A stretch of 64,000 nucleotides of DNA from Candidatus Eiseniibacteriota bacterium (GTDB taxonomy: Bacteria; Eisenbacteria; RBG-16-71-46; CAZAMP01): positions 4,256,001 through 4,320,000 of the forward strand of contig OZ245046.1 of NCBI GenBank assembly GCA_965224245.1. The letters run 5' to 3'. The notes below the pieces were generated by a model that saw only the letters and a program-made list of their open reading frames with translations, was not told where the DNA came from and made no database searches. Positions within the stretch are counted from its first letter, which is position 1; each line of letters starts with the position of its first letter. Position numbers and translations under genes: made by a program. Shown here piece after piece: positions 18,823 to 27,198 of this stretch.

Positions 18823-20271
18823 TCAGCCGACGCCGTCCCTGGTGATCGTCTCCAGCAGATCGGACAGATAGTCCCCGAGCATCTTCTCGACCGAGCCGAC
18901 CGACACGCACTCGGACGGCGAGTGCGGGTGCTCGATCGTGGGCCCGATCGAGATCATGTCCATGCCGGGCAGTCGCTCCCCGATGATCCCGCACTCGAGC
19001 CCCGCGTGAATGGCCGTCACGTGCGGAGCCTCTCCGTACCGGCGCTCGTACACGGCCGTCGCGGTGGCCAGAAGCGGCGAACGCGGATCGGGCGGCCAGG
19101 GCGGATAGCCGACCCCGGCCTCCGCGCTCGCGCCGTGCTCGCGTCCCAGCGCGAGCTGCCGATCCACGAGCGCCGACAGCGCGGTCGAGACCGAGCTCCG
19201 CGCCGACGTGAGGATGCTCACGCCATCGGGGTCGGTCCGGACCGTGGCCAGGTTGTTCGACGTCTCCACCAGCTCGGGTAGATCGGGCACGCGGGAGAGC
19301 TCGCCGTGGGGCAACGCCTTCAACAGCGCGACGAGATCACGCTGATCGTCGGCGACCCACGCGCGTCCGTCGTGCGTGCCCGCATCGACGCGTATCGCGA
19401 TGTCCGGATCGGACGCGGCGAAGCGCTCGGCGAGGCTCGTCCTCATCGTCTCCAGACGCGCCTCGATCGCCCGGCGATCCCCGACCACGTCACCTCGCGC
19501 CTCACGCGGAATGGCGTTGTGCGCGTTGCCGCCGTCGATGGCCACGATGGCGACGCCATCGAGGCTCGCCAGCGCGGTGACCAGCACCTTGATCGCATTC
19601 GCGCGCCCCTCGTGAATCTGCACGCCCGAGTGTCCGCCACGGCCTCCGAACACGGTCACGGTCAGGCGCTCGCCGGGGACCTCCCGTCGCGAGACCGGAC
19701 GGCGAAACGACATGTCGGACCCGCCGGCGCATCCGATCGTGATCACGCCGTCCTCCTCGGAGTCGAGGTTGATCATGAGGCGCCCGGTGATCATCGACGC
19801 ATCGAGCGACTTGGCACCGGTGAGGCCGGTCTCCTCGTCCAGCGTGAACAGGAGCTCCAGCGGCCCGTGCGGCACGGACGTGTCGGTGACGAACCGCAGC
19901 GCCGCCGCCACCCCCACTCCGTTATCGGCACCGAGCGTCGTTCCTCGCGCGGTGAGAACGTCCCCGTGGCGCGCGAGCTGGATGGCGTCGGTCTCGAAGT
20001 CGAAATCGGTGCCGGCGTTCTTCTCGCACACCATGTCGAGATGGGCCTGGAGCACCACGATCGGCGCGTCCTCGAGCCCCTCGGTCGCGGGCACCACGAC
20101 GACGACGTTCCCCAGTGCGTCGTGTCGCGTCTCGAGACCGTGCTCGCGCGCGAACGAGTCGACGTACTCCCGGATGCGCTCCTCGCGTTTCGAGGGCCGG
20201 GGGATCCGTCGGATCTCGTCGAAGCGGGCCCAGAGCTCGCGGGGCTCGAGGCCGGTCAACGGGTCTGTCAT
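18823..20271 (-). CDS. pepD: Aminoacyl-histidine (beta-Ala-His) dipeptidase, M20C
   Basis: LQAHLDMV, LGADNG, DEETGL, NLDSEE, HAGLECG and HSPSE. Confidence 0.93.
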   Translation of the reverse strand: MTDPLTGLEPRELWARFDEIRRIPRPSKREERIREYVDSFAREHGLETRHDALGNVVVVVPATEGLEDAPIVVLQAHLDMVCEKNAGTDFDFETDAIQLARHGDVLTARGTTLGADNGVGVAAALRFVTDTSVPHGPLELLFTLDEETGLTGAKSLDASMITGRLMINLDSEEDGVITIGCAGGSDMSFRRPVSRREVPGERLTVTVFGGRGGHSGVQIHEGRANAIKVLVTALASLDGVAIVAIDGGNAHNAIPREARGDVVGDRRAIEARLETMRTSLAERFAASDPDIAIRVDAGTHDGRAWVADDQRDLVALLKALPHGELSRVPDLPELVETSNNLATVRTDPDGVSILTSARSSVSTALSALVDRQLALGREHGASAEAGVGYPPWPPDPRSPLLATATAVYERRYGEAPHVTAIHAGLECGIIGERLPGMDMISIGPTIEHPHSPSECVSVGSVEKMLGDYLSDLLETITRDGVG

Positions 20272-20291
20272 TGCTCGCTCTCCCGGTGTGG

Positions 20292-20636
20292 TCAGCGGCC
20301 CAGCACCTTCGCGTACGTCTCGTGGTCGAAGCCGACCAGCAGTGTCTTGCCGCGTCTGATCGTCGGAGCCCGGAGGTTTCCGGTGGGACCGAGGAGCTTC
20401 TCGACGAGCTCGTCTCGATCGGCCTTGGCCACCGAGAACGTCTGGAGCGACTTGCCCTTCGCGACGTGCACGGTGCTCACGGCATCCAGGAGGGCCATCG
20501 CCTCATCCCGCCCGAGCTTCTTCGAGGCCGACACCGTCTCGGCGGCCGTGATCGATCCCGCGTCCATGAACTTGGACGCCCTCGAGCACGACGTTCAACC
20601 ATTGCGGTGGTAGTACCAGTCCACGCGCCTGGCCAT
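20292..20636 (-). CDS. ArsC/Spx-family thioredoxin-fold selenoprotein (in-frame UGA at 20595-20597 read as Sec, UxxC)
   Basis: GAGGAGG RBS. ATG GCC AGG...AAT GGT TGA ACG TCG TGC gives MARRVDWYYHRNG-U-TSC and continues in frame into the 91-aa ORF with GPTGNLRAPT...LVGF. Confidence 0.88.
20560..20579 (-). promoter_or_regulatory. Putative bacterial SECIS hairpin
   Basis: On the mRNA, GCGUCCA-AGUUCA-UGGACGC forms a perfect 7-bp stem starting 15 nt after the UGA, with G at loop position 2. Confidence 0.72.
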
Positions 20637-20848
20637 GGGGTCCCTCCTCGGGGTGTGCGGGTTTCTCGTCGTCGACGGGCCCGTCTTCCCGGCGCCCGAG
20701 GCCGTCGCGCGGGCATCGACGGCCGCGTAGGCTAGCATTTTTGGCCGGCCGCCGGGCGCCCCCGGGCGGGCACGTCGAGCCGGGAGAAGACGGGGAGCGA
20801 GACCCCGCCCATCGTCGCCGGAAGTGGCCGTCTCACAATCACTTGCTC

Positions 20849-20877
20849 TTGGCGCCACCCGGGCGACCCGCTAGACT
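20849..20877 (+). promoter_or_regulatory. sigma70-like promoter
   Basis: TTGGCG-N17-TAGACT upstream of the CDS at 20908. Confidence 0.45.
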
Positions 20878-20907
20878 GCGCCGTCTCCGACACGACCGGC
20901 GACCGGC

Positions 20908-22173
20908 GTGCCCCGTGGCCTCGAGGAGGCTGTCCTGAACCGATCCCGCCTGACGCACTGCCTCGCGCGACTCCGCGCCTGGGTCGAGGACACCGGGTGG
21001 TCGGGCTACGACCCGTTCGACGTCCGTGCGCACCGCCTGTACCGGCACGTGTCCCGCCGGGCGGCGTCGGGCGGCCCGCTGGATCGTGCGATGCTTGCCG
21101 CCGTGTACACGCTCGACGTCCGGTTTCCCGGCCTCGTGCGCCGCCTCCTCCGCGTGCGGCCGCAGATCAACGCGATGGGGATGGGACAGTTCGCCGAGGC
21201 GTACGGGCTCCTGGCGCTGACCGGCGACGCCGCTGCGGCCGGCGAGCAGCAGCGCCGGCTGGAGTGGCTTCGTCAGAACGCGGTTCACGATGGCGACGCG
21301 GCTGCGTGGGCCTACCCGTTCGGGTGGGAGGCCACGGGCTCACACGAGGCGGAGACTCCGGTCGGCGTGGTCACCGCGTTCGCGGCCGACGCGTTTCGGC
21401 GCTCCCACGACCCGATCGCCGTCCAGGCGGCGAGATTCGTGGCCGACCGGCTCGGGAGGCTCCCCGGCCCGGACGGCACGTTCTGCTTCACGTACACACC
21501 CGAGGATCGCGCACCGGTGCACAACGCCAACGTGATCGCCGCCGAGCTTCTTCTCTGGGCCGGTCTCACCCGTCGAGACGAGGAGTGGGTCGCCGCCGCG
21601 CGCACGGCGTTCCGGTACACGCTCGATGATCAGGAGCCGGGTGGCGCGTGGGACTACTGGGGCCCGACCGGGCGCCGTAAGCGGGATGTCGATCCGTATC
21701 ACTCGGCGTTCGTGGTGCGCATGCTCATGCGAGCTCACGTGATGACCGGCGACGGCGAGCTCCTGAACGCGGCCCTTCGCGGGTTCGCGTTCGTCCGCCA
21801 CGCTCTGTTCGAGAACGGTCGCCCCCGGCGCTCCGAAGGGCGGCGCGACCCGGCCAACGCCTACTCGGTGGCGGAAGGCCTCCGGGTCGCATGCGCGGTG
21901 CGCGCTCACGTCCACGACGCGGATGTCTTCGCGGACGAGGTCCTCACGTGGGCGAGTCGGGAGATGCAGGATCCGTCCGGCTACTTCTACTACCTGAAGT
22001 GGAGACGCTGGACGAACCGTGTGCCGATGATGCGCTGGGCTCAGGCACCGATCTTCCTCGGGCTGGCCGAGTGGTGGGTCGCCCTCACGGGCCCGGAGCA
22101 GCCCGTCGCGCCGGATGCGCCGTCGGACCTCCCTGGACCCGTGCCCGGCTGGCCGCCCCGGGACCCCGGTTGA
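20908..22173 (+). CDS. Hypothetical alpha/alpha-barrel (six-hairpin glycosidase-like) protein of the type found in polysaccharide loci
   Basis: GWSGYDPFD, WAYPFGW, CFTYTP, VHNAN, DPYHSAF, GYFYY and MMRWAQA motifs; codon usage typical of the genome. Confidence 0.65.
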   Translation: MPRGLEEAVLNRSRLTHCLARLRAWVEDTGWSGYDPFDVRAHRLYRHVSRRAASGGPLDRAMLAAVYTLDVRFPGLVRRLLRVRPQINAMGMGQFAEAYGLLALTGDAAAAGEQQRRLEWLRQNAVHDGDAAAWAYPFGWEATGSHEAETPVGVVTAFAADAFRRSHDPIAVQAARFVADRLGRLPGPDGTFCFTYTPEDRAPVHNANVIAAELLLWAGLTRRDEEWVAAARTAFRYTLDDQEPGGAWDYWGPTGRRKRDVDPYHSAFVVRMLMRAHVMTGDGELLNAALRGFAFVRHALFENGRPRRSEGRRDPANAYSVAEGLRVACAVRAHVHDADVFADEVLTWASREMQDPSGYFYYLKWRRWTNRVPMMRWAQAPIFLGLAEWWVALTGPEQPVAPDAPSDLPGPVPGWPPRDPG

Positions 22174-22309
22174 CCGTCGAGTCGGCCGCCCGCGTCGCGT
22201 CATCGGCGGAACACGCGCTCCGGGCGGAGCGTTCGTGAGCCACGTCGGGTCGGCGCGTACGGCGAGAATCCGATATCATCTCCCGGGCCGAAGACACATC
22301 GAGGACGCC

Positions 22310-23065
22310 TTGCCGCACCGCTCGCTGACACTCGAGGAGTTCGCACGTCACGCCGGAATGGACGTGAACGACGTTCGCCGCCTCGCCGAGGCCGGCAAGC
22401 TCCCGGCCGATCGGGTGGGGGGCACGTGGCGCTTTCACGAGGCGGGCCTGACCGAGTGGCTCCAGTCCGAGATGCCGCGCCTCGACCAGGATCGATTGCG
22501 CGCGATCGAGCGGGCGATGACGCTGGCGGACGCCGCCGCCGGGACCGAGCGCGTCGTCGAGGCCGAGTCCGGGGATCGGATCGTGCGATCGCTGATGCGC
22601 CCCCAGCTCGTCGATCTGGAGATGCCGGCGAGAACCAGCGCGTCCGCGCTGCGCGAGCTCTGCGCCATCGTCGATCGGGCCGAGCTCCTGTACGACGGCG
22701 ATGGGCTCCTCGAGTCGCTCCGAGAGCGCGAGAAGATGTGCTCGACCGCGCTCGGGTCGGGCATCGCGATCCCGCATCCGCGCCAGCCGATGCCCTACGC
22801 CACCGCGGAGCCGTTGATCGCGGTGGGGCGCGTGGACGGCGGCATCGGCTTCGGCGAGGCGACCGGCGACCTCACGCGACTGTTCTTCCTGATCTGCTGC
22901 CAGAGCTCGTTTCATCACCTCCAGGTGCTCGCGCGTCTGATGCGGATCCTCTCTCGAAGCGTCAGAGCCGACCTGATGTCCGAGACCGACCCCGATGCGT
23001 TCCTCGACCGCATCGCCGCGCGCGAGGACGAGGTCGTCGCCTCGCAGTCGCCGGGCGGGTCGTGA
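22310..23065 (+). CDS. PTS EIIA (Ntr/Fru-type) protein with N-terminal excisionase-like HTH
   Basis: LTLEEFAR...GKLPADRVGGTWRF (HTH_17-like) and REKMCSTALGSGIAIPHPR (phospho-His). TTG start after GAGG. Confidence 0.88.
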   Translation: MPHRSLTLEEFARHAGMDVNDVRRLAEAGKLPADRVGGTWRFHEAGLTEWLQSEMPRLDQDRLRAIERAMTLADAAAGTERVVEAESGDRIVRSLMRPQLVDLEMPARTSASALRELCAIVDRAELLYDGDGLLESLREREKMCSTALGSGIAIPHPRQPMPYATAEPLIAVGRVDGGIGFGEATGDLTRLFFLICCQSSFHHLQVLARLMRILSRSVRADLMSETDPDAFLDRIAAREDEVVASQSPGGS

Positions 23066-23748
23066 GAGCCCGACATCGCGGCACGCGTTGCGCGGTGTGC
23101 CGGCTCCACCACGGCCTGTGCCTCTGCCCGGAGCTGCCGAGGCTGGTCACCGACACGTCGGTGACGGTCGTGATGCATCGCCACGAGCAGCACAAGACCT
23201 CGAACACGGGGCGGCTGGCGGCCCGGTGCCTCGCGCGCGGGCGCGTGGTCGTCCGCCGGCCCCGCGCGCTCGACGACGACGCGATCCTCGCGGGTCTCAC
23301 ACGTCCGGTGCTGCTCTTTCCCGGCGCCGGGGCCCGACCGCTCCACACGCTGGACACCCGGACTCCGGTCGACCTGATCGTGCTCGACGCCACCTGGCGC
23401 CAGGCGATCCGGATGGCGCGCCGCGTGCGGGGGCTGCCGGCGGTGCCGGCGGTCTCGCTGCCGCCGGGCGGCCCCAGCCGCTACGGGCTCCGCACGGGAT
23501 CCAGCGCGGACCGCGTGTCCACGTTCGAGGCCATCGCCCGCGCCCTCGGGCATCTGGACGGGTCGCGCGTCGAGCAGGCCCTGAACGAGGTCTTCCTGCG
23601 CGTGATCCATCGAATCGAGTGGATCAAGGGGCGTCGCCGCCGGGAGGACGTTCACGGCGGGATCCCCGACGGGGTCAAGGCGCACGATCCCTGGAGCGGA
23701 CCGGCCGGAGAGCGCGCGCTCGCGTCGGCGACGCGCGCCGAGCATTGA
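23062..23748 (+). CDS. tapT: DTW-domain tRNA-uridine aminocarboxypropyltransferase
   Basis: CAVC...CLC, HRHE...SNTG, LLFP, LDATWRQA and STFEA. GTGA overlap with the PTS gene. Confidence 0.85.
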   Translation: MRARHRGTRCAVCRLHHGLCLCPELPRLVTDTSVTVVMHRHEQHKTSNTGRLAARCLARGRVVVRRPRALDDDAILAGLTRPVLLFPGAGARPLHTLDTRTPVDLIVLDATWRQAIRMARRVRGLPAVPAVSLPPGGPSRYGLRTGSSADRVSTFEAIARALGHLDGSRVEQALNEVFLRVIHRIEWIKGRRRREDVHGGIPDGVKAHDPWSGPAGERALASATRAEH

Positions 23749-23772
23749 CGTCGGCCGCATCCCCGCTAAGAT
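23745..23772 (+). promoter_or_regulatory. sigma70-like promoter overlapping the upstream stop codon
   Basis: TTGACG-N16-TAAGAT, about 30 nt upstream of ATG 23804. Confidence 0.55.
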
Positions 23773-23803
23773 CCGGGACTCACCACTCACCCGACGGGGC
23801 ACG

Positions 23804-24751
23804 ATGAGTCGCACGCTGCACGTTCTCGACGGCACGGCCATGCTGTTCCGGCTGTATCACGCCGGGCTGCGCCTCCGATGCCCTCGCGGTCGGGAGGTCG
23901 GCGCGGTGGACGGGCTCTGCGCGGCGCTGGCGAGATTCGTTCGCGATCATCACCCCTCGTACGTGGTCGTCGTGTTCGATCCCGGCCGCCCCACGTTCCG
24001 CCACACGCTGTACGAGTCGTACAAGGCCAACCGACCCAAGTCCCCCGACGATCTCAGCCCTCAGTTCGACCTCGGCATCGCGTGCTCGGTGGCGCTCGGC
24101 TTTCGTACGTTCCGCGTGCCCGGCTACGAGGCCGACGACCTGATGGCCACCCTGGCCACCCGCGCCCGTCGTGCCGGGCTCCGCACGCACCTCCAGACCC
24201 CGGACAAGGACGTGCTCCAGCTCGTCGACGATTCCTGGGTCCGGGTGACCGATCCCCGCACGCAGGAGGTGATGGATGCCGAGCGTGTGCGATCGCGCTT
24301 CGGCGTGGCGCCCCCTCAGCTGACCGACTACCTGGCGCTCACGGGCGACAGCTCCGACAACGTTCCAGGCGTGACGGGCGTCGGACCCAAGGCGGCGGTC
24401 TCGCTGATCGACGAGTTCGGGGATCTCGAGGGCATCTACGCGAACCTGGATCGCGTCGAGGAGCTGCCGGTGCGCGGGGCCGCCAGGCTCGCCGAGCGCC
24501 TGGCCTCGGCCGAGACCGATGCCTTTCTGAGTCGTGATCTGGTGCGGCTCCGCGCCGACGTCCCCCTGGGCGAGAGCCCCCTCACGCTGGGACAGCTTCG
24601 CTACCGCGGCCCACAGCCCGACGCCGAGGCCTTCTTCCGATCCGAGGGCATCGCGGCCCCGGTGCGCGCGCTCCGGAGCCACACGGGCGGGGACGCCGCC
24701 TTTGCGTCCGAGGATCCCGGCTGGCTGGACGCGCCGCCCCCGCTCTCGTGA
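23804..24751 (+). CDS. Stand-alone 5'-3' exonuclease / flap endonuclease (PolA N-terminal-like)
   Basis: LDGT, YKANR, EADD, DKD and GDSSDNVPGVTGVGPK (H3TH); no polymerase domain. Confidence 0.92.
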   Translation: MSRTLHVLDGTAMLFRLYHAGLRLRCPRGREVGAVDGLCAALARFVRDHHPSYVVVVFDPGRPTFRHTLYESYKANRPKSPDDLSPQFDLGIACSVALGFRTFRVPGYEADDLMATLATRARRAGLRTHLQTPDKDVLQLVDDSWVRVTDPRTQEVMDAERVRSRFGVAPPQLTDYLALTGDSSDNVPGVTGVGPKAAVSLIDEFGDLEGIYANLDRVEELPVRGAARLAERLASAETDAFLSRDLVRLRADVPLGESPLTLGQLRYRGPQPDAEAFFRSEGIAAPVRALRSHTGGDAAFASEDPGWLDAPPPLS

Positions 24752-24929
24752 CTCGAGACCGGCTCGATTGCGCCATCCCGCGGCCGGGCGCCGACGCGCG
24801 ATCATACGGCGTCCGCCACGACCCGAACTATTAGGTGCGCGACGCGGTCGCGTGGCCGTGCCCGGGCCAACCGGGCGCCGCGGGCCCGTGGCCCTCGTCG
24901 CCGAGTCGAGATCCAATCGAGGACCCTGC

Positions 24930-25874
24930 ATGCATCCAGAGCCGGAAACCGTACTCGTCGTCGAGCCCGAGACGAGCCAGCAAGCCATCGCCATCGACGG
25001 CCTTCAGAAGGCCGGCCTCCGCGCGTCCGTCGCGGCGTCCGGCCGGGATGCGCTCGCCGCACTCGCCGACGTGGTTCCGGAGGCCATCCTGGTCGACTGG
25101 GACCTGCCGGACATGACCGCCGCCGACCTCCTCGCCGACATCGCGTCGAACGCGCGGCTCGGGAGCGTTCCCGCGATCGTGATCGTCTCGCCGCGCGATC
25201 CGGGCCGGATCGACACCGCGGTGGCGGCCGGCGCCCTCGACGTGATCCGGAAGCCCCTCGACGCCGCCGAGCTCCGGGCCCGTGTCGGGGCGGCCCTTCG
25301 TGCTGCCGCGCTCGGCGAGGAGTGCCGACTTCGGTCGGTGAAGGACCCGTTGACGGGGCTCCTGAACCGCCGCGCGATTCTCGAGCGATTCGGCGAGGAG
25401 TTCGACCGCGCGCATCGCTACACGCGGGAGATGGCGGTGGCGATCGTGGACGTGGATCACTTCGGCTACGTGTGCGAGACGTACGGTCGTCCCGTCGGGG
25501 ACCGGCTGCTCGTGCAGCTGGCGGAGTACCTCACCGAGTCCACACGCTCGTGCGACTTCGTCGCGCGCTGGAACGACGACTCGTCGTTCATGCTCGTGCT
25601 TCCCGAGACGCCGCTCGACGCGGCGGGCCTGGTGCTCGAGCGGATCCGGCGGGAGCTGCCGCCGACGATCCGGCCTCCGATGTCCAACGGAGGGGCCATG
25701 ACGATCAGCGCCGGTGTGGTGGCTCCGACTCCCGGTCGATTCCGGTCGCCGGCGGGGCTCCTCCAGGCCGCCCAGGAGGAGCTGCAGGCGGCGAAGGCCG
25801 CCGGGCGCAACCGCGTGTCCGTGCTGGGCACCGGCCCTCTGCCCGTGATCGACACCGAGCGCCGCGCCGCCTGA
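24930..25874 (+). CDS. Response-regulator REC + degenerate GGDEF-domain protein
   Basis: REC motifs ILVDWDLPDM and RKP; DPLTGLLNRR, DVDHF and GDRLL; I-site RSCD; the active-site loop reads RWNDDSSF instead of RxGGEEF. Confidence 0.85.
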   Translation: MHPEPETVLVVEPETSQQAIAIDGLQKAGLRASVAASGRDALAALADVVPEAILVDWDLPDMTAADLLADIASNARLGSVPAIVIVSPRDPGRIDTAVAAGALDVIRKPLDAAELRARVGAALRAAALGEECRLRSVKDPLTGLLNRRAILERFGEEFDRAHRYTREMAVAIVDVDHFGYVCETYGRPVGDRLLVQLAEYLTESTRSCDFVARWNDDSSFMLVLPETPLDAAGLVLERIRRELPPTIRPPMSNGGAMTISAGVVAPTPGRFRSPAGLLQAAQEELQAAKAAGRNRVSVLGTGPLPVIDTERRAA

Positions 25875-25937
25875 CGCGCGGCGACCCACGCTCGGGATCG
25901 AGCCGGATGCTCGACCCGGTCTCCGCAACGTCCTGCT

Positions 25938-27110
25938 CTACGTCGCGCCCTCGGATCGGATGCGGATGCCGTCGGTGTCGGGATCGACGGACATCGTGAC
26001 CCGTCCGTCCAGGAGTCCGATCAGCTCGGCGCCCACGAGATCCTTGCGCCATCCCGACAGCATCGGCAGCCGCGCCGACGCCAGCGTCCCGGCCCGATGG
26101 TGCTCGATCAGCGCGTACAGCTGCGAGCGCGTGCCCAGGTAGGCGGGGCCGATCTCCAGCTCCCGCGCACGCGCCTTCAGGAGCGCCTCCAGGAGATCCA
26201 CTGCCAGCGCGCGGGTGGCGTCCTTCGGCACCGCCTCGATCGGCTCGGGGAGCGCCTCCTCGGGCAGGCGCTGGGCAGTCTCGATGCACGTTCCGATGGC
26301 GGGGCCGAACTGGTCGACGGCACGGGGATGCACGCCGCGCATCTCCACGAGGGCTCGTCGATCTCGTGGCTTCCGGCGGGCGATCGCGGCCAGGACGTCG
26401 TCGGTCAGAATGCGCCCCCGCGGGCGATTGGCGGACTCGGCCTCGGCCTCGCGCCACCGGACGAGCTCGCGCAGGATCGCCAGCTCGCGGCGCGAGAGCT
26501 TCTGCGTGCCCTTGATGCGGCGGTACAGCACGTCCGGGTCACGCCGGTAGTACGCGTGATCGTCGAGCTCGCGCAGCTCCTCGGCCAGCCACCCCCGACG
26601 CCCCCGGGCCTCGAGCGCCTCCTCGAGGCGCCGGTCCAGCTCCTCCAGATGTCGCACGTCGTCCAGCGCGTACTCGACCTGCGTGGCGGACAGCGGTCGC
26701 TGCGACCAGTCCGTGAACGACTCCGCGTGCGGCATGCGCTCGCCCAGCGCGGCCTCCACCAGCTTGGACAGCCCGATCGAATCGCCGTAGCCCAGGAGCG
26801 CCGCCGCCACCTGGGTGTCCACGACGTTTTGCGCCGGCTCGGAGGTCAGGTCGTAGAAGATCATCAGATCCTGACGCCCGGCGTGCACGATCTTGCGAAC
26901 GTCGGGATCGCCGAGGAGCGCCAGGAACGGCGCCAGGTCCACCGCGAACGGATCGACCGCCACGACGTGGCCGCGGCAGGCGACCTGCACGAGGCACAGA
27001 TCGGGCCGGTAGCGCCCCTCGCTGATGAACTCGGTGTCGAAGGCGAAGCGGCCGGCCGCGGCGAGGTCGGCCGCCAGCGCGTCGAGGTCGGCCTGTCGGT
27101 CGATTGGCAA
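25938..27110 (-). CDS. rnd: Ribonuclease D (DEDDy + HRDC)
   Basis: FDTEF, HAGRQD, DTQVAA, TDWSQRPL, YALDDV, HRDC region WRE..A...NRP and GWR. Confidence 0.93.
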   Translation of the reverse strand: MPIDRQADLDALAADLAAAGRFAFDTEFISEGRYRPDLCLVQVACRGHVVAVDPFAVDLAPFLALLGDPDVRKIVHAGRQDLMIFYDLTSEPAQNVVDTQVAAALLGYGDSIGLSKLVEAALGERMPHAESFTDWSQRPLSATQVEYALDDVRHLEELDRRLEEALEARGRRGWLAEELRELDDHAYYRRDPDVLYRRIKGTQKLSRRELAILRELVRWREAEAESANRPRGRILTDDVLAAIARRKPRDRRALVEMRGVHPRAVDQFGPAIGTCIETAQRLPEEALPEPIEAVPKDATRALAVDLLEALLKARARELEIGPAYLGTRSQLYALIEHHRAGTLASARLPMLSGWRKDLVGAELIGLLDGRVTMSVDPDTDGIRIRSEGAT

Positions 27111-27198
27111 GGTGCAGTCCTCGGATGGAGTCGAAGTTGGCCGCCCCGGCCGGCGCCCGCGAGGGCGGGGCGACCTCGACCGGGGCGTGGAGAGTGCG

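Noticed and set aside
20595-20597. TGA as a nonsense mutation making an ArsC pseudogene
   Set aside because: Its position at the redox Cys and the downstream hairpin favour selenocysteine.
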